Assembly: GCF_000981785.2 (NCBI RefSeq)
Contig: NZ_CP011304.1
Coordinates: 2,790,001-2,822,000, forward strand
Length of the DNA: 32,000 bases
Source of the DNA: Microcystis aeruginosa NIES-2549
GTDB taxonomy: Bacteria > Cyanobacteriota > Cyanobacteriia > Cyanobacteriales > Microcystaceae
Direction of reading: 5' to 3'
The translations under genes were made by a program, and so were the position numbers. Positions 17,287-26,186 of the stretch are shown here, one piece after another (positions within the stretch are counted from its first letter, which is position 1; every line of letters starts with the position of its first letter). The notes beneath the pieces were generated by a model that was not told the origin of the DNA, did no database searches, and worked only from the letters and a program-made list of their open reading frames with translations.

Positions 17287-17315
17287 TTAAACTGCCGATC
17301 CCTTACTGCTATAAT
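17287..17315 (+). promoter_or_regulatory. Candidate sigma70-type promoter for the glycosyltransferase gene
   Basis: TTAAAC (17287-17292), a 17-nt spacer, then a perfect TATAAT (17310-17315), about 25 nt before ATG 17341. It lies inside the TTG-extended track ORF, which argues for the 17341 start. Confidence 0.4.
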
Positions 17316-17340
17316 TACGGCTGAGATTATTGATTATCCT

Positions 17341-18474
17341 ATGAAGTATGCTCTGGTTCACGAGTGGTTAACCCCAAAGGCGACGGGGGGATCGGAATTA
17401 GTGGTTAGGGAGATTTTACAATGTCTAGAGGCGGATTTATACGCTTTGATCGATTTTGAGTCCACTAATCCCGATAGTTATCTCTATGGTCGCTCGATCG
17501 GGACAACTTTTCTGCAAAATTTCCCGAAAGCAAGCAATGGCGTACAAAAATACTTACCTTTTCTTCCCCTGGCGATCGAGCAGTTAAATTTAGAGGATTA
17601 TGATGTAATTTTATCCTCCTCCCATTGTGTGGCTAAAGGGGTTTTAATTCGACCGGATCAGGTGCACATTTGTTATTGTCACACCCCGATGCGTTATGCT
17701 TGGGATTTAACTTTTGACTATCTGGCTAATAGTAAGTTAGGACAGGGATTACCCGGTATTTTCACCCGTTATCTCTTGCATGGGTTGCGTCAGTGGGATG
17801 TGATTTCTGCTAATCGTGTGGACTATTTTCTGGCTAATTCCCACCACACCGCTAGACGAATTTGGCGCTGTTATCGACGGGAGGCAAAAGTTATTTATCC
17901 TCCCGTACAAATCGAGCGTTTTCCCTACCAAGAGAAAAAAGAAGATTTTTATTTAGTAGTCTCTCGTTTGGTTAGTTATAAAAAAGTCCCTTTAATTGTG
18001 GAGGCATTTAATCAATTGGGATTACCATTAGTAGTTATTGGAGATGGTCCACAGATGACTTTAATCAGACAGTTAGCTAAGGATAATATTCAGATTTTAG
18101 GTGCGGTTTCTGATCGAATAGTAGCAGAGTATATGTCGAAAGCAAAAGCGTTTATTTATGCTGCCTGTGAGGATTTTGGTATTGCTTTAGTGGAAGCGCA
18201 AGCTTGTGGCACTCCTGTGATTGCATTTGCTGCCGGAGGTGCTTTAGAAACCGTGCGGGATCTGCGGGAAAATTCTCCCCAGGCAACAGGATTACTTTTT
18301 GGGGAACAAAATCCCCAATCCTTGCAGGAAGCGGTTAAATATTTTGTCGATCATGCGGATAAAATTGATCCGGAAAATTGTCGGCAACAGGCTAATAGAT
18401 TTACTCCAGAGGTTTTTAGAAATGCTTACAGTTTGTTTATAGAGGAACATTCAATATCTAAAAATTATTGCTAA
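17341..18474 (+). CDS. Glycosyltransferase family 4 (GT-B fold)
   Basis: The N-terminus MKYALVHEWL and the C-terminal region EDFGIALVEAQACGTPVIAFAAGGALETV (E-x7-E type motif) are typical of GT4 enzymes. Confidence 0.85.
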   Translation: MKYALVHEWLTPKATGGSELVVREILQCLEADLYALIDFESTNPDSYLYGRSIGTTFLQNFPKASNGVQKYLPFLPLAIEQLNLEDYDVILSSSHCVAKGVLIRPDQVHICYCHTPMRYAWDLTFDYLANSKLGQGLPGIFTRYLLHGLRQWDVISANRVDYFLANSHHTARRIWRCYRREAKVIYPPVQIERFPYQEKKEDFYLVVSRLVSYKKVPLIVEAFNQLGLPLVVIGDGPQMTLIRQLAKDNIQILGAVSDRIVAEYMSKAKAFIYAACEDFGIALVEAQACGTPVIAFAAGGALETVRDLRENSPQATGLLFGEQNPQSLQEAVKYFVDHADKIDPENCRQQANRFTPEVFRNAYSLFIEEHSISKNYC

Positions 18475-18707
18475 CTTTAATTAGATCAGTTATCCTAATG
18501 GTGAGCTACGAGGTTTTCGTTTTAGAGAGTCAGTCATTGGTAGTTGATAACAAATTAGGTTACACTTCCTCTTGATGAGAAAGGCTGTATTTCCCCAATG
18601 ATGAGGACGCAGCCAATGCGCCCAAAATGTAATATCATGGATATTTCTCTAAAATTGAGATCTAGCCAACGCTGATAGCTTACCGTGGTGATTGTGATGA
18701 CAGAAAA

Positions 18708-19922
18708 GTGAGGATTATAGCCGTGCCTTGGAATCGAGTTAATCAATGGGTAGAAAGACGCTCTTTAGTGGCCCTAGAATCAGCTTATCAGAGAGCGCTA
18801 AAAATTAAAGCGATCGAAGATAAACATTTTGGGGGACAAAAAATTTCCCCGGCTGCCGTGGGAGGAAAAAGTGTTTATGATTACTTTCAAAGTACCCTAG
18901 ATCGAGAATTATTACAGATACGTTTCGATTTAACTCAAGTGCGTCTGGGTAATTTTATCAATCCGCAAACTAACCCAGAAAATAATAACATTTTAGAGAC
19001 TTTAAAGGTGATCGAGGATATTATCGGTAAATATCGCCTAGACTTAGGGGAATTGCTGCCCCCATTACCGAATAATGAAACCCCCAATCTGCCTAATGCC
19101 AATCTCACTGGTGATACCCCTAGCGATAAAACTAAGCAGACAATTTCTCCTGCAACTGGTAATAAATTTTTTAACTTCCAGCAAGAATTAACCCCCGAAT
19201 ACGAACAAACCGTTATTAAACAACTCCGTACTTTGCGACAACAACAACGGATTGCTATTCGTTTTATCCTGATTATTATTTTAGTTCCTCTCTCGGTACA
19301 GGTTATTAGTAGAAACTTTATTTTTAGCCCTGTTTTAAACTATTTTGGTGTGGATAGAGCGAAAATATCAGAAGTTTATATTTCTCAGGAAATTGGCGAA
19401 AAATATCTCAGGGAATTTGCTAGACTTCAAGAAATTGAAGAAATCAAGCAGGTTTTAGGAGTAGCAAAAGCAGGGCATGAATCAGAAGAAACCTTTCGAG
19501 AACAGGTCGAGGAATTATTTAAAGAAGCGGGTTATGAAAGTCAAGATGGTTGGAAAAACTTACTATCGGATCTGACTGGATTAATAGCCTTTATTGCCAT
19601 CTTAATTTTTGGTCGTCAACAATTGGCAATTACGCGAGCTTATGTTAGTCGTTATTTTCTCAGCTTAAATGATATCACCAAAGCCTTTATCTTTATTCTC
19701 TTTACCGATATATTTGTCGGGTTTCACTCGGCGGAGGGTTGGACGGTAATCTTAGAAACTTTGTTCCGGCACTTTGGTTGGCGCGAGAATATTACATTTA
19801 TCAGCTTGTTTGTGGCCACTGTTCCCGTTATCCTAGATACCATCTTTAAACTATTAATATTTAATTATCTGACCCGTAAATCTCCCACCGCCGCAACTAT
19901 CCTAGAAAAGATGAACCAGTAA
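18708..19922 (+). CDS. pxcA: Proton extrusion protein PxcA (CemA/Ycf10 family)
   Basis: The C-terminal region FILFTDIFVGFHSAEGWTVILETLFRHFG...FVATVPVILDTIFKLLIFNYLTRKSPTAATILEKMN matches the CemA family, and the long hydrophilic N-terminus matches cyanobacterial PxcA. The start is uncertain (GTG at 18708, alternative GTG at 18723). Confidence 0.85.
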   Translation: MRIIAVPWNRVNQWVERRSLVALESAYQRALKIKAIEDKHFGGQKISPAAVGGKSVYDYFQSTLDRELLQIRFDLTQVRLGNFINPQTNPENNNILETLKVIEDIIGKYRLDLGELLPPLPNNETPNLPNANLTGDTPSDKTKQTISPATGNKFFNFQQELTPEYEQTVIKQLRTLRQQQRIAIRFILIIILVPLSVQVISRNFIFSPVLNYFGVDRAKISEVYISQEIGEKYLREFARLQEIEEIKQVLGVAKAGHESEETFREQVEELFKEAGYESQDGWKNLLSDLTGLIAFIAILIFGRQQLAITRAYVSRYFLSLNDITKAFIFILFTDIFVGFHSAEGWTVILETLFRHFGWRENITFISLFVATVPVILDTIFKLLIFNYLTRKSPTAATILEKMNQ

Positions 19923-19928
19923 CGCCCT

Positions 19929-22900
19929 ATGATCCTTAGCATTGCCGATACCTTCATTAAAAGACCCGTTCTGACCACGGTTTGCTCGATTTTAATCGTT
20001 TTGATCGGAGCGATCGCTGTTCCCTTTTTACCCCTAGAAAAACTGCCGCAGTTGGCATTTATTCAGGTAGCGGTAAATGCCAACTATTTGGGAACCGATG
20101 CCAAAACCGTACAGGATAACGTTACCACGGTACTCGATCGCCAGATTAACGGGACAGAACAGATTGTTTATATGCAGTCCCAGAGTACCAACACCGGACA
20201 AAGTACGGTGAATGTCTTTTTCCCGGTAGAAATGGATCGTAACATTGCCCAAGTCTTGGTACAAAACCGTGTCAGTACCGCCGCCGCTAGTTTACCTGAA
20301 GAAGTGAACCGGCAGGGGGTGACAACCAATACCCAATCCCCCAGCGTTACCCTTGCCTACGGTATTTCCGCCAAACCGGACGAAAAGGGCAATTATCCCT
20401 ACGATACAGTCTTTTTAAGTAACTTTGTCGATCGGGTCATCGATGCGGAGATTCGCCGGATCGAGGGAGTTGGTAGTACAACAATCATCGGGGAGAGGGA
20501 ATACGCCCTGCGTTTTTGGCTTAATCCCGATGCTTTAGCCGCTAGGGGCGTATCGGCGGAACAAGTAGTACAGGCAATCCGAGAACAGAATATTCAGGTG
20601 GGTGCGGGGACAATTGGCGGTGATCCCAGTCCCGAAGAGCAGCAATTCCAGATCGCCATTCGCGCCGTTGGTAGGGTTGCCACCGGGGAGGAAGCAGAAA
20701 ATATCGTCGTCAAAGTCGGGGAAAATGGCGATTTAATCCGAATTAAAGACGTAGGACGCGCAGAAATCGGAGCCGAAAGCTACAGTACCGCCGCCTATTT
20801 CGACAAATCCCCCGCCGTCGTCTATATCGTCTATCAGTTGCCCGGTTCCAACGCTTGGAATACCGCCAAACTGGTGAAAGAAAAAATGGCGGAACTAGAA
20901 CCGAGTTTCCCCCCGGGGTTAAATATCGCCATTACCCTCGATAATACGGCTTTTGTCGCGGCTTCCCTAGAAGAAGCCTTTGGCACTCTGGTGGAGGCGA
21001 TTTTACTGGTTATTCTAGTCATTTTTATCTTCCTTCAGGACTGGCGCACCACGATCATTCCGGCGATCGCTATTCCCGTATCTTTGATCGGAACCATGGC
21101 CGTCGCCCTAGCTTTAGGCTATTCTCTCAATAACCTCTCCTTGTTTGCCGTCATTCTAGCCACCGGTTTAGTGGTGGACGACGGCATCGTGATCGTAGAG
21201 GCGGTATCGGAAAAATTACGGCAGGGGATGCGGCCATTGCAAGCTGCCCTCGATGCCATGGGCGAGTTAACCTCGGCGGTAATTGCCAGTTCTCTTGTAC
21301 TACTAGCGGTTTTTATTCCCGTCACCTTCTTCCCCGGTACGGTGGGGATCGTTTATCGACAATTTGCCGTCATCATCTCCGCTTCAATTATCATCTCCAC
21401 CTTTAACGCCCTCAGTTTTTCCCCCACCATGTCGGCGATTATCATGAAACCGCCCCAAGGCACCCGCGGACCCTTGGGACTGTTTTTCGATGGCTTTAAT
21501 CGAGGTTTCAACGCAGTTAAAGAAGGCTATCGACGCTCGATCGAATTTCTGATCCGGCTTCGGTTTCTGGTGTTACCCTTCTTTATTGCCGCCCTCTTTC
21601 TCACAGCTTGGAGTTATAGCACCACTCCCCAGGGTTTTATCCCCGAAGAAGACCAAGGTTATGCCTTCGTTTTGGTGCAAGCACCCGCCGGGGTTTCCCT
21701 GCGCTACACCGACCGGGTTATCCGTGAGATTAACGAAGAAATTCTCGACGGTATCGAAGAAATCGATCACTTTGTCGGTATGGCGGGCTTTAGTTTTGCC
21801 GGAAGTGGTAGCAACCAAGGGCTATTTTTTGTCAAGTTAAAAGAATGGTCGGAACGGCCCGGCGAAGATAAGTCGGTTTTCGGGGTTCTGCGGAAAATTA
21901 ACCAACAATTAGCCACTAAAGTCCGAGATGCTCGCGCTTTCGCCGTTAATGCGCCCCCCGTGGATGGATTAAGTTCTACCGGCGGTTTCGAGTTATTTAT
22001 CCAAAACCGCGCTTCTTTCCCCATGGACGCTTTGATTGCCAACGCTAATAACGTCATGGCCGAGGCCCGAACAAGACCGGAATTATCGGGAATTTTCACC
22101 CAATTTACCACCGACACGCCGATGCTGGAACTTTCCATCAATCGCAACCAGCTACAGGCGCAAAACGTCGATATGCAGGCCGTTTTCGGTACCCTGCAAA
22201 CCTATCTCGGTTCCAACTTCGTCAACCAATTCGTCTTAGGCGATCGCTTGTATCGAGTCTTTGCCCAAGCAGAAGCGGATTATCGTTCTAATCCCGAAGA
22301 TATTAACCGTCTTTACGTCCGTTCCCGTACCGGGGCCAATATTCCCCTATCGGGTTTAGTTAGCGTCAAACGCTTCACCTATCCACCGATTATCACTAAC
22401 TTTAACCTCTATCCCTCGATTAACGTTCAGGGTAGTCCCGCCCCCGGTTTTAGTACGGGACAGGCGATCGCGGTGATGGAAGATGTCTGCCGCAAAGTCC
22501 TGCAGCCCGGTTTCGGTTACGCTTGGACGGGGACAGCTTTCCAAGAAAAAACTTCCGCTGGGGCTGCCCCAGTTATCTTCGGATTAGCCTTTATCGTGGT
22601 TTTCCTTGTTCTTGCGGCCCAGTACGAAAGCTATATCGACCCGATTATCATCATGATTACCGTTCCCCTAGCGATCCTAGGTGCCATGGGGGCCTTACTG
22701 TTACGGGCGAATTTCCTACAAGTGGGTAGTCTCTTCCCGACGGTGAATAATAATATTTATGCTCAGGTGGCTTTGGTCATGTTGATCGGTTTAGCGGCTA
22801 AAAATGCCATCTTGATCGTGGAATTCGCTAACCAGTCCCGTACTTTGGGTTTAAGTATTCCCGATGCGGCAGCCCGGGCCTCGACGGAACGCTTAAGACC

Positions 22901-23231
22901 GATTCTGATGACGGCTATTTCCGGTTTAGTCGGTTTCTTGCCCTTGGTTATCGCTTCCGGCGCCGGGGCGATGAGTCGTTGGTCCCTGGGAACTGCAATC
23001 CTAGGCGGTTATCTGATTTCCACGGTGTTGAGTTTATTTCTCGTCCCGGTTTTGTATGTGCTGATCAAACAGTTCGAGGCCCGATTCCTCTCCTCGAAAC
23101 CCCCCAAAGGTGGCGGTTCTGGCAATAGTAAAACTCCCTCTCTCGGTGGCGAAAGAAATACATCAGAAACCTCCATAGAAGAAGGGGCCATTTCTTCTTT
23201 GAAAATCTCTCCTCAGTCCCCGAATGACTAG
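19929..23231 (+). CDS. RND (AcrB/HAE1-type) efflux transporter permease subunit
   Basis: The 1100-aa ORF begins with FIKRPVLTTV..., has 12-TM RND topology with two large loops, and a conserved TM4 region LATGLVVDDGIVIVE. An unusual ~45-aa Gly/Ser/Pro-rich C-terminal tail is present. Confidence 0.93.
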   Translation: MILSIADTFIKRPVLTTVCSILIVLIGAIAVPFLPLEKLPQLAFIQVAVNANYLGTDAKTVQDNVTTVLDRQINGTEQIVYMQSQSTNTGQSTVNVFFPVEMDRNIAQVLVQNRVSTAAASLPEEVNRQGVTTNTQSPSVTLAYGISAKPDEKGNYPYDTVFLSNFVDRVIDAEIRRIEGVGSTTIIGEREYALRFWLNPDALAARGVSAEQVVQAIREQNIQVGAGTIGGDPSPEEQQFQIAIRAVGRVATGEEAENIVVKVGENGDLIRIKDVGRAEIGAESYSTAAYFDKSPAVVYIVYQLPGSNAWNTAKLVKEKMAELEPSFPPGLNIAITLDNTAFVAASLEEAFGTLVEAILLVILVIFIFLQDWRTTIIPAIAIPVSLIGTMAVALALGYSLNNLSLFAVILATGLVVDDGIVIVEAVSEKLRQGMRPLQAALDAMGELTSAVIASSLVLLAVFIPVTFFPGTVGIVYRQFAVIISASIIISTFNALSFSPTMSAIIMKPPQGTRGPLGLFFDGFNRGFNAVKEGYRRSIEFLIRLRFLVLPFFIAALFLTAWSYSTTPQGFIPEEDQGYAFVLVQAPAGVSLRYTDRVIREINEEILDGIEEIDHFVGMAGFSFAGSGSNQGLFFVKLKEWSERPGEDKSVFGVLRKINQQLATKVRDARAFAVNAPPVDGLSSTGGFELFIQNRASFPMDALIANANNVMAEARTRPELSGIFTQFTTDTPMLELSINRNQLQAQNVDMQAVFGTLQTYLGSNFVNQFVLGDRLYRVFAQAEADYRSNPEDINRLYVRSRTGANIPLSGLVSVKRFTYPPIITNFNLYPSINVQGSPAPGFSTGQAIAVMEDVCRKVLQPGFGYAWTGTAFQEKTSAGAAPVIFGLAFIVVFLVLAAQYESYIDPIIIMITVPLAILGAMGALLLRANFLQVGSLFPTVNNNIYAQVALVMLIGLAAKNAILIVEFANQSRTLGLSIPDAAARASTERLRPILMTAISGLVGFLPLVIASGAGAMSRWSLGTAILGGYLISTVLSLFLVPVLYVLIKQFEARFLSSKPPKGGGSGNSKTPSLGGERNTSETSIEEGAISSLKISPQSPND

Positions 23232-23252
23232 GGTGTTAGGAGACTTTTTCAG

Positions 23253-23287
23253 TGATAACTGATAACTGATAACTGATAACTGAAAAT
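23253..23287. repeat. Heptamer tandem array TGATAAC x4 plus one degenerate unit
   Basis: The sequence is tgataac tgataac tgataac tgataac tgaaaat. It ends 1 nt before the ATG of the antiporter gene (23289). Confidence 0.9.
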
Positions 23288-23288
23288 A

Positions 23289-24866
23289 ATGAGTCTAGAA
23301 TCTACAGCTAATGAGGCGATCGCTCATAATTTAGAGCAATTCCTGCTAGTTTTGACCATTTCCTTGAGTGTCGCCACTTTATCGAGAACCGTTGCCTTCC
23401 TCCGCAAAATTCCCTACACCCTGCTGTTAGTTATTGTCGGTATGGGTTTAGCTTTTTTAGATTTGCGTCTAGTTAATCTTTCCCCGGAATTAATTCTGGA
23501 AATTTTTCTGCCTCCCCTCCTTTTTGAAGCCGCTTGGAATATTCCTTGGGCTAAATTAAAGGAATATTGGGTTACTATCGTCCTTTTTGCCGTTATCGGG
23601 GTGATTATCTCCGTTTTGGGGGTCGCCTATCCCCTACATATCTTTGCTAATTTACCCCTATCGATCGCTTTCCTGTTGGGTGCTGCCCTAGCTGCCACCG
23701 ATCCCGTCTCTGTAATTGCCCTATTTAAAGAATTGGGGGCCAGTAAAAAACTGACGATCCTGATGGAAGGGGAAAGTCTCTTTAATGATGGGGTCGCTGT
23801 GGTGGCTTTCGTCCTCTTGGTGGGGATTCCCTTGGGAGTCGATACCTTTTCCGTCCCCGTCACGATCGCTCGTTTCTGCACCTTTGTGGGGATTGGCATC
23901 GGTGTGGGTTGCGTGATCGGTTTCGGCATTTCCTACCTTACCCAACGCTTCGATTTGCCTTTTGTGGAACAGTCTCTGACTCTAGTTTCTGCATACGGAA
24001 CCTATCTCGTCACGGAAAAATTAGGCGGATCCGGTGTGATTGGGGTGGTAATTGTCGGGATTATTCTCGGTAATCTCGGTTCGCGCATTGGTATGAGTCC
24101 CCGCACGCGCCTGGTAGTTAGCGAATTTTGGGAATTTATCGCCTTTTTTGTCAATTCTATCATCTTTTTACTGATCGGTGATCAAACCCGTTTTGAGAGT
24201 CTCGGCAGTCACTTAACTGGGATTTTAATAGCGATCGCTGCTATGGTGGTTTCCCGTCTGTTCTCAATTTTTGGACTAGGGGGAATTAGTAACCTAATTA
24301 CGGGTAATAGCGTCAATTTTAAGGAAAGAACGGTGTTATGGTGGGGAGGATTACGCGGTTCGGTTTCGATCGCCCTAGCGTTAAGTGTTCCTACGTCTAT
24401 CCCCTACCGTCAAGAAATTATTGACGTGGTTTTTGGGGTGGTTTTATTTACTTTATTGGTGCAAGGATTATCTATACAATGGCTATTAAATGCCCTCAAT
24501 CTTATCGGTGATCAACCGATTCGTAGCGAATATTCGGCCTTAATTGCTCGTCAAATTGCCTTAACTAGGGTTGCCAATTATCTGCAACAACCAGAACGTT
24601 TTCCCGATATCGATACCGAATTTTATCGCGACAAAAAAACTCTGGTGGAAGGACAATTAAAGTCCTTGGGCGATCAGTTGCAAAAATTACTAGAGGAACA
24701 CCCACAATTAAAAGATGTGGTAGCCGAACAATTTCAAGATACTTTACTCGATATCGAAGCTAATACCTACGCAGAATTAATTCGAGCCGGTCGTTTAAAT
24801 GAAAATCTCGTTCCCCTTTTAGTCGAGGTAGAAGAAGAAAAAGAGATGGGGCATGATAGTTATTAG
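23289..24866 (+). CDS. CPA1-family Na+/H+ (cation:proton) antiporter with C-terminal cytoplasmic domain
   Basis: The 525-aa polytopic ORF has LAATDPVSVIALFKELG and ESLFNDGVAVV motifs typical of NhaP/NhaS1-type exchangers. Confidence 0.9.
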   Translation: MSLESTANEAIAHNLEQFLLVLTISLSVATLSRTVAFLRKIPYTLLLVIVGMGLAFLDLRLVNLSPELILEIFLPPLLFEAAWNIPWAKLKEYWVTIVLFAVIGVIISVLGVAYPLHIFANLPLSIAFLLGAALAATDPVSVIALFKELGASKKLTILMEGESLFNDGVAVVAFVLLVGIPLGVDTFSVPVTIARFCTFVGIGIGVGCVIGFGISYLTQRFDLPFVEQSLTLVSAYGTYLVTEKLGGSGVIGVVIVGIILGNLGSRIGMSPRTRLVVSEFWEFIAFFVNSIIFLLIGDQTRFESLGSHLTGILIAIAAMVVSRLFSIFGLGGISNLITGNSVNFKERTVLWWGGLRGSVSIALALSVPTSIPYRQEIIDVVFGVVLFTLLVQGLSIQWLLNALNLIGDQPIRSEYSALIARQIALTRVANYLQQPERFPDIDTEFYRDKKTLVEGQLKSLGDQLQKLLEEHPQLKDVVAEQFQDTLLDIEANTYAELIRAGRLNENLVPLLVEVEEEKEMGHDSY

Positions 24867-24930
24867 GGCAATTAGGTCTTTGGGCATCTCGAATAATAGA
24901 TTTTCTTAAGAATTGCGTCGCCTGCAACCC

Positions 24931-24952
24931 TAATTAGGGTCTGCTGAAAAAG
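24931..24952 (+). repeat. Solo IS-end-like sequence related to the left terminus of the IS at 8907
   Basis: TAATTAGGGTCTGCTGAAAAAG matches CAATTAGGGTTTGCTGAAAAAG (8901-8922) at 20 of 22 positions. The sequences diverge afterwards, and no matching opposite end was found nearby. Confidence 0.5.
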
Positions 24953-25168
24953 CTTTTCCTGGAGGCAGGGTGTGGGGTGTGAGCTTCGGCCGTGAGCTCA
25001 CCGTCGAAGTCTCGCCGAACGTCTGAGGTCCGAACGGTTTCATCCCGTCGCTAAAAGCGAGGGTCTTCACCCCGACATTTTTGATAAAAATATCAACTTT
25101 TGTGAATTTAGTAGATAAAATCACCAGCTTATGATATATTTCAATTAGTGTGAGGAGCGAACCAGAAT

Positions 25169-25207
25169 AGAGAGCCGAGACGAAACATGGACAGTCGCCG
25201 GCTCTCT
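25169..25207 (-). terminator. Strong stem-loop 10 nt downstream of the coiled-coil gene stop (possible terminator, could act bidirectionally)
   Basis: AGAGAGCCG (25169-25177) pairs perfectly with CGGCTCTCT (25199-25207), plus an inner GAC/GTC extension. The + strand version is followed by TTTCTGTTGTTT and the minus strand version by ATTCTGGTT. Confidence 0.4.
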
Positions 25208-25216
25208 TTCTGTTGT

Positions 25217-26047
25217 TTAGGAATTATTTTTTTCTTGGCGATATTTAATAAAAGTGGGCAAATCAACCCGAAAAGAGGAATATTTCGGGGAATGAGAGAT
25301 GATGGGTGCGGGCCAATCCCTGTCTTTCTTATTTAAGGATTCTGCTGGCTCAATTGTCTCTAATTCCGCTAAAAACTCATCGATGGGAGCCACTTCATCG
25401 CTTTCTTGGCTCTCTGTCTGAGACCAAGGCTCGATCTCGGCTGCCTTGGCGACAATGGCTAAATCTGGGGGAGAATTGCGATCGCTACCGCGCTGGAAAT
25501 ACTGGGCTAAGGCCGCCTTATACTGGAGGGTGTAGCGTTGCTGACGTTGAAGACGGGTGCGTAATTCCTGCAATTGCTGGTCATAGTTGCACAGTTTTTG
25601 GCTTTTTTCCTGATAACTTTCCTGAATTAAGGCACATTCTCGCTCTAAACGGGCTAATTGTTGACGTGTGCGGGTCAATTCTGCGGTCAAATTGGCAATA
25701 ATCATCGGTTGCCGTTGTTCTGCTTGACGATACTGTTCGATTTCCCCTAAAGCTCGCTGTAATTGTTGCTTTTCGTATTGCAGTTCCTCGTTTTGCTGCT
25801 GGATTAGGGTATCACAACTTTGCCAGCGACGATTTTGCTCGGCTAACTGCGATCGCAATTCCGCAAGAGCTTGCTCCCGTCGCCAGATCTCCGCTTGTAA
25901 TTCTTGATTTTGTTGACGTAAATGAGAGGATAGAGCTGCCCAATCTGTCTCATCTGTTGATTGACTCTCATGCTCGACAATTTCAGCAGTGATGACATTA
26001 TCCGCATGGGTGAGATGATCGAGGTACAGGTCGGAATTATCGTTCAT
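25217..26047 (-). CDS. Hypothetical Gln/Glu/Arg-rich coiled-coil protein
   Basis: The ~276-aa ORF has long heptad-like stretches (QNQELQAEIWRREQALAELRSQLAEQNRRWQ...). ATG at 26047 is three codons inside the listed TTG. No family is recognised. Confidence 0.6.
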   Translation of the reverse strand: MNDNSDLYLDHLTHADNVITAEIVEHESQSTDETDWAALSSHLRQQNQELQAEIWRREQALAELRSQLAEQNRRWQSCDTLIQQQNEELQYEKQQLQRALGEIEQYRQAEQRQPMIIANLTAELTRTRQQLARLERECALIQESYQEKSQKLCNYDQQLQELRTRLQRQQRYTLQYKAALAQYFQRGSDRNSPPDLAIVAKAAEIEPWSQTESQESDEVAPIDEFLAELETIEPAESLNKKDRDWPAPIISHSPKYSSFRVDLPTFIKYRQEKNNS

Positions 26048-26107
26048 AAAAGCCAAAGGATGAGGAAACCTAGAAGTTTAGAGACGTTAAAAGCCTTCTA
26101 TCGTTCC

Positions 26108-26152
26108 AAAAAAAAATGGGAACCGCATTGTTAGAGACTGCCGCGCGGTTCC
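26108..26152 (-). terminator. Rho-independent terminator on minus strand, located upstream of the coiled-coil gene
   Basis: Read on the minus strand, GGAACCGC (complement of 26145-26152) pairs with GCGGTTCC (complement of 26119-26126) across an 18-nt loop. CA and a run of nine T follow (A-run 26108-26116 on the + strand). Confidence 0.5.
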
Positions 26153-26186
26153 ACTGCCGATCCTTAAGAGGAGAACACTATAAATA

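Noticed and set aside
18555-18746. 63-aa minus-strand ORF upstream of pxcA
   Set aside because: It overlaps the pxcA start region, has no RBS, and its composition is not protein-like.
20034-23191. Multiple 60-126 aa ORFs on both strands within the RND permease gene (for example 21767-22147 minus and 21586-21840 plus)
   Set aside because: All are nested in or antisense to a 1100-aa ORF with clear RND motifs. Their composition is typical of off-frame translation of a membrane protein gene.
25030-25045. GGUCCGAACGG resembling the SRP (4.5S) RNA GGUCCGGAAGG apical motif
   Set aside because: The obligatory conserved 3' side (GGAAGCAGC-type symmetric loop) is absent. The tetraloop is not GGAA, and the surrounding helices do not fit an SRP RNA fold.
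24930-25124. 64-aa minus-strand ORF across the GC-rich structured element
   Set aside because: The region is dominated by nested inverted repeats, and the ORF has no RBS and no motif. It is treated as non-coding (see finding).
25306-25701. 131-aa + strand ORF, antisense to the coiled-coil gene
   Set aside because: It is the mirror frame of a repetitive Q/E/R-rich gene. It has no start context and no motif.
26119-26160. 13-codon Phe-rich mini-ORF (MRFPFFFGTIEGF) overlapping the terminator hairpin, as a possible leader peptide
   Set aside because: The FFF codons are simply the terminator U-run. The ATG is buried in the 3' arm of the stem with no RBS, and the downstream gene has no link to phenylalanine metabolism.
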